From sequence record MT932213.1: a stretch of DNA of 64,000 nt. One strand, given 5' to 3'. The notes under the pieces are model-generated. The model was not told where the DNA came from and searched no databases. It was given only the letters and a program-made list of their open reading frames with translations. The position numbers and the translations under genes are program-made. Positions 61,086 to 64,000 of this stretch are shown here, in pieces. The DNA is from Escherichia phage VEc74. The stretch's first letter is position 1. Each line of letters starts with the position of its first letter.

Positions 61086-61304
61086 TTATTTTACACCATT
61101 CCAAATTGTTTCAACCACAGATTTTAAGCCATTTTGATGAATGTCCATTCCGACAACTGCCATCAAATAGATTCCAACCACAACTGAACCCAAGGCGAAA
61201 ATCAGCATGAAAATGAATAAAGCCGGAAAAATATTATCGAAAAACCATTCAATAAATGTAAAAGCACTACGTTTACGCTTCATATTTTCCTCACATAAAT
61301 CCAA
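61086..61304 (-). CDS. Small membrane protein
   Basis: 72-aa ORF with hydrophobic segment FPALFIFMLIFALGSVVVGIYLMAVVGM. Confidence 0.45.
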   Translation of the reverse strand: MDLCEENMKRKRSAFTFIEWFFDNIFPALFIFMLIFALGSVVVGIYLMAVVGMDIHQNGLKSVVETIWNGVK

Positions 61305-61404
61305 AGTAAGCGTTTAATACATCAATCATTAAAACGATTGGGAATATACTCAAAACTACTAGTATTATAACTACATTCCATATAGCTTTAATAATCTTTT
61401 TCAT
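61291..61404 (-). CDS. Small hydrophobic peptide (37 aa)
   Basis: MKKIIKAIWNVVIILVVLSIFPIVLMIDVLNAYFGFM with RBS GGAGGA; the longer track ORF (to 61539) would start upstream of the promoter. Confidence 0.35.
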   Translation of the reverse strand: MKKIIKAIWNVVIILVVLSIFPIVLMIDVLNAYFGFM

Positions 61405-61432
61405 TTTATGTTCCTCCGTAGTTGATAGGGTA

Positions 61433-61462
61433 ATAATACCACAGAGGAACAGTCTTGTAAAC
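61433..61462 (-). promoter_or_regulatory. Early promoter (-35 GTTTAC, 18-bp spacer, -10 TATTAT)
   Basis: Read on minus strand; flanking sequence gtagttgatagggtaata resembles the 40885 copy. Confidence 0.5.
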
Positions 61463-61679
61463 AACTTTTTTAAAAATATTCGTAATAAATGTGAATACCA
61501 ATCACTACTGCCGAAACTTGCGCAACCCACCACGCACAAGCAATAAGTACAGAATTAAAAATTTTCATAATAACCTCATCACAAAAGTAAATGTTAAACA
61601 AATCAATGGAATACTAATTAACCAAACAAAACACCACCATAATGAACTCATAGTTCAATCTCAACGATTTTCATTTTAC

Positions 61680-61886
61680 TCAATAATCCGCTAAAAGATC
61701 AACGATTGCATCACGAAGACACTTATTCGCAATACGTTTAAGAGCAATTTCAGTTTCTGGAGCATTTTGAATAATCATCGAATTCAACTCAGCCTCAGCA
61801 AACTGAAGTTCTTTAACTAATTCAGCTTTATATTTTCCTTGCCCTTTCTTAGCTTTTGCTCGTTTTAATTCAGCTGTAGTAAACAT
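61680..61886 (-). CDS. Hypothetical protein (68 aa from internal Met; track ORF extends to 61985)
   Basis: MFTTAELKRAKAKKGQGKYKAELVKELQ...; RBS GGAGAA; promoter at 61921-61950 lies inside the longer track ORF. Confidence 0.45.
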   Translation of the reverse strand: MFTTAELKRAKAKKGQGKYKAELVKELQFAEAELNSMIIQNAPETEIALKRIANKCLRDAIVDLLADY

Positions 61887-61920
61887 TTTATTCTCCAAAT
61901 CCGTATCAGTTGATAGTTGT

Positions 61921-61950
61921 ATAGTACCACGGTCCTTGTGGTATGTAAAC
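61921..61950 (-). promoter_or_regulatory. Early promoter (-35 GTTTAC, 18-bp spacer, -10 TACTAT), third copy of the ttgatagttgtatagtaccac cassette
   Basis: Read on minus strand. Confidence 0.55.
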
Positions 61951-61966
61951 TGTTTTGTGAAATTTT

Positions 61967-62524
61967 TTAAATGGAAAGATACCATCCGTTGTAGTTGCTT
62001 TTTCTTACAACTTTACGAAGGTCTTCTCTGTCACCGATGAACTTCGGAGTGTACTGGATGACACCTGGATGAATTTCTTTAGTGTTGAATATAATTATAC
62101 AGTCCGCGACCTGGTGATTTAGAATGGGCCCTAGATTTATTCCAGAACCATATGGATACTCTCCGCTGCATCCTGTTGTTACCGAAATCCAACGTGAGTC
62201 AGTTTGATGTGTCTTAACTTCTACACGAAGCCCACAGTATTTTGGATGTGCCAAAACATCCCATGCATATGTGTACGGATCATCGACATCTTCTTGGCCT
62301 TTATTGACATATCCGCTTAGCCAATCTGCCACAAAAAACTCTGCGTACACAGCTATACGGCATCTTTCGATAACTTCTGCCTTATCCTGATTTGGATTTT
62401 GTTTTAAAGAGTATCTTGCAGTATCAGCAATTTTTACCTTCATTTCACCGGTTAAATCATTGTTCGATAGGGTAAATGTCGGAATCTGAAATAGTCTCTG
62501 TAACCCCGGATTCGTTTTCTGCAT
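61967..62524 (-). CDS. denB: Probable endonuclease IV DenB
   Basis: 185-aa ORF, T4 DenB length, at the T4 denB position between ndd.x and rIIB; sequence identity not verified. Confidence 0.65.
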   Translation of the reverse strand: MQKTNPGLQRLFQIPTFTLSNNDLTGEMKVKIADTARYSLKQNPNQDKAEVIERCRIAVYAEFFVADWLSGYVNKGQEDVDDPYTYAWDVLAHPKYCGLRVEVKTHQTDSRWISVTTGCSGEYPYGSGINLGPILNHQVADCIIIFNTKEIHPGVIQYTPKFIGDREDLRKVVRKSNYNGWYLSI

Positions 62525-62786
62525 TTAAACTTTCCTTTTTACCACTAAGATAAGCGTTATACACTTTAAGAGTACCATAGTAAATTCGATCATTTTCATC
62601 TAAAGAATTACGATCAAGTTCATCGAGATTCTTTTTGTCCATGACTATAACATCATTGCAGTAAAGAACTCCAAGTTTTTCATGCCCAAACTCGAATTTA
62701 TTGCAGTACACAATATTAGCATAATGATTACCATGTAGAGAAATTTCTTTTATGTCGGAATCACCGATATTCATACAATAAATCAT
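62457..62786 (-). CDS. Hypothetical protein (denB.1 position)
   Basis: 109-aa ORF overlapping denB 5' end by 68 nt. Confidence 0.4.
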   Translation of the reverse strand: MIYCMNIGDSDIKEISLHGNHYANIVYCNKFEFGHEKLGVLYCNDVIVMDKKNLDELDRNSLDENDRIYYGTLKVYNAYLSGKKESLNAENESGVTETISDSDIYPIEQ

Positions 62787-62805
62787 AATTTACCTTAAAA
62801 CAAAA

Positions 62806-62817
62806 GGGCCGAAGCCC
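62806..62817. terminator. GC hairpin (gggccgaagccc) with T-rich flanks on both strands
   Basis: Perfect 4-bp stem, GAAG loop. Confidence 0.5.
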
Positions 62818-62827
62818 TCTTTTACTT

Positions 62828-63022
62828 TTACTTGAATTGTGCAATTCTTTTCTCTAGACATTCAGCATAAGATTTCATTGAGATGAACTGTGAAAGTAGC
62901 AGTTCTTGCTCAACTACACTAACTGTTAGAAACTTTGCGCTTTCTAAAAATTTACTCAGTGCATTAATTTTAAGCATTAATTGATCGTATTCTTCTTTTA
63001 CTCGTGCTTGATAACCTAACAT
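62828..63022 (-). CDS. Hypothetical protein
   Basis: 64-aa ORF downstream of rIIB. Confidence 0.45.
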   Translation of the reverse strand: MLGYQARVKEEYDQLMLKINALSKFLESAKFLTVSVVEQELLLSQFISMKSYAECLEKRIAQFK

Positions 63023-63038
63023 AATTTTCCTTAGTTAA

Positions 63039-63050
63039 GGGCCGAAGCCC
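63039..63050 (-). other. GC hairpin (gggccgaagccc) immediately after rIIB stop
   Basis: Same stem-loop sequence as 62806-62817. Confidence 0.45.
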
Positions 63051-63989
63051 TTATTTAAATTGTTCAGTAACGTCTTCAACTACTTCGTATTGGCAGGTAC
63101 GCATTTTAGCATCGTTGTAATCAATCGGAATTGATACTACATCGCGAGGATGAACTTTAACTTTTACAACTCGGCTGGTTGAACTGCCAAAGTGACGAAT
63201 ATAAGATTTAGAACACACATGCAGACCACGAGAACAAGTTTGTGTATCATCGTCATTCACACGAGTACGTGGCATTTTAACTACTTTACCCGGACTGTTA
63301 TCAAAGGTGTTTGAGTGACAGTCAAAGTAATTGCTACGAACTACTTTCCAAGCATAGAAGTAACCATCTTCTGTAATTTCAATATCGTTTGCTACCAAGA
63401 AATCAAAGAGTCGAGATACCGCTTTTTGGCTTGGGTTTTCCAGCAGATTTTCCAAGAACGGAAAATAAAATTCAAAGTTTTCGCCTTTTTCCATCGAGTC
63501 AAGAATACGATCAACTAAACCAGATCGCAATTCAATATTTTGATAGAACAAGCTTCCACCTTCAATTCGAACATCGCCGGAAATATATTTTTCAACAGCG
63601 CGACGAACATTAATTTTTTGTGCAGCTTCTTCCAACTTATCTGCTACGAGCAGATTAAGAATTTCCTGGAAGTTTGAATGAGTATTAGGAGTTGCGTTAT
63701 AAGTTACACCGTCAACAGTAATTGAAATGAATTTTTTAGATGCATTCCAAATAATGTCAGATTTAGCAACTGGAGCAATAACTGCATCGCTATTAACTTT
63801 AACTGTAATATCACCGCTAATAGTAACTTTAGGGCGTTTAGCTTCTTCAGCATTTTTCAAAACACGACGGATTGTGTCAACCGATACACCTTGCCAATCA
63901 GCCAATTCCTGCTGAGTGTAATTACCACTTGAATATAGTTTAACAATTTCAGCTTGTTCGTTTTTGGTCAGGCATTTAATATTGTACAT
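63051..63989 (-). CDS. rIIB: Membrane-associated rIIB protein
   Basis: 312-aa ORF; MYNIKCLTKNEQAEIVKLYSSGNYTQQELADWQGVSVDTIRRVLKN matches T4 rIIB. Confidence 0.92.
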   Translation of the reverse strand: MYNIKCLTKNEQAEIVKLYSSGNYTQQELADWQGVSVDTIRRVLKNAEEAKRPKVTISGDITVKVNSDAVIAPVAKSDIIWNASKKFISITVDGVTYNATPNTHSNFQEILNLLVADKLEEAAQKINVRRAVEKYISGDVRIEGGSLFYQNIELRSGLVDRILDSMEKGENFEFYFPFLENLLENPSQKAVSRLFDFLVANDIEITEDGYFYAWKVVRSNYFDCHSNTFDNSPGKVVKMPRTRVNDDDTQTCSRGLHVCSKSYIRHFGSSTSRVVKVKVHPRDVVSIPIDYNDAKMRTCQYEVVEDVTEQFK

Positions 63990-64000
63990 AATTTTCCTTA

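Overview
The window is one contiguous ~64-kb block of a T4-like (T-even, Tequatrovirus-type) myophage genome, colinear with phage T4 from the 3' end of gene 23 to rIIB. Identification rests on the six-frame translations matching T4 proteins as I recall them in sequence, length and order; no database search was run. Gene order is: 23 (partial), 24, rnlB, hoc, inh, segE, uvsW, uvsY, baseplate genes 25-26-51-27-28-29-48-54, two Alt-type ADP-ribosyltransferases, 30 (ligase), rIII, 31, cd, pseT, alc, rnlA, denA, nrdB, nrdA, td, frd, 32, 59, 33, dsbA, rnh, tail-fibre genes 34-38, t, asiA, arn, motA, 52, stp, ndd, denB and rIIB. It is not T4 itself: td and nrdB are intronless, segD is absent between 23 and 24, Hoc has an extra Ig-like domain, a ~115-aa ORF sits between frd and td, and gp37/gp38 are of the T2 adhesin type. 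I found no rRNA, tRNA, CRISPR array, integrase or transposase. Regulatory signals are typical of T4: early promoters (GTTTAC -35, 17-18 bp spacer, TATAAT-like -10), late promoters (TATAAATA), a MotA-box middle promoter, GC hairpin terminators and the gene 32 operator. The most notable observations are the tandem Alt paralogs, the frd-td insertion, repeated early-promoter cassettes, the Hoc domain duplication and the mosaic tail-fibre tip. None is proven novel from sequence alone.
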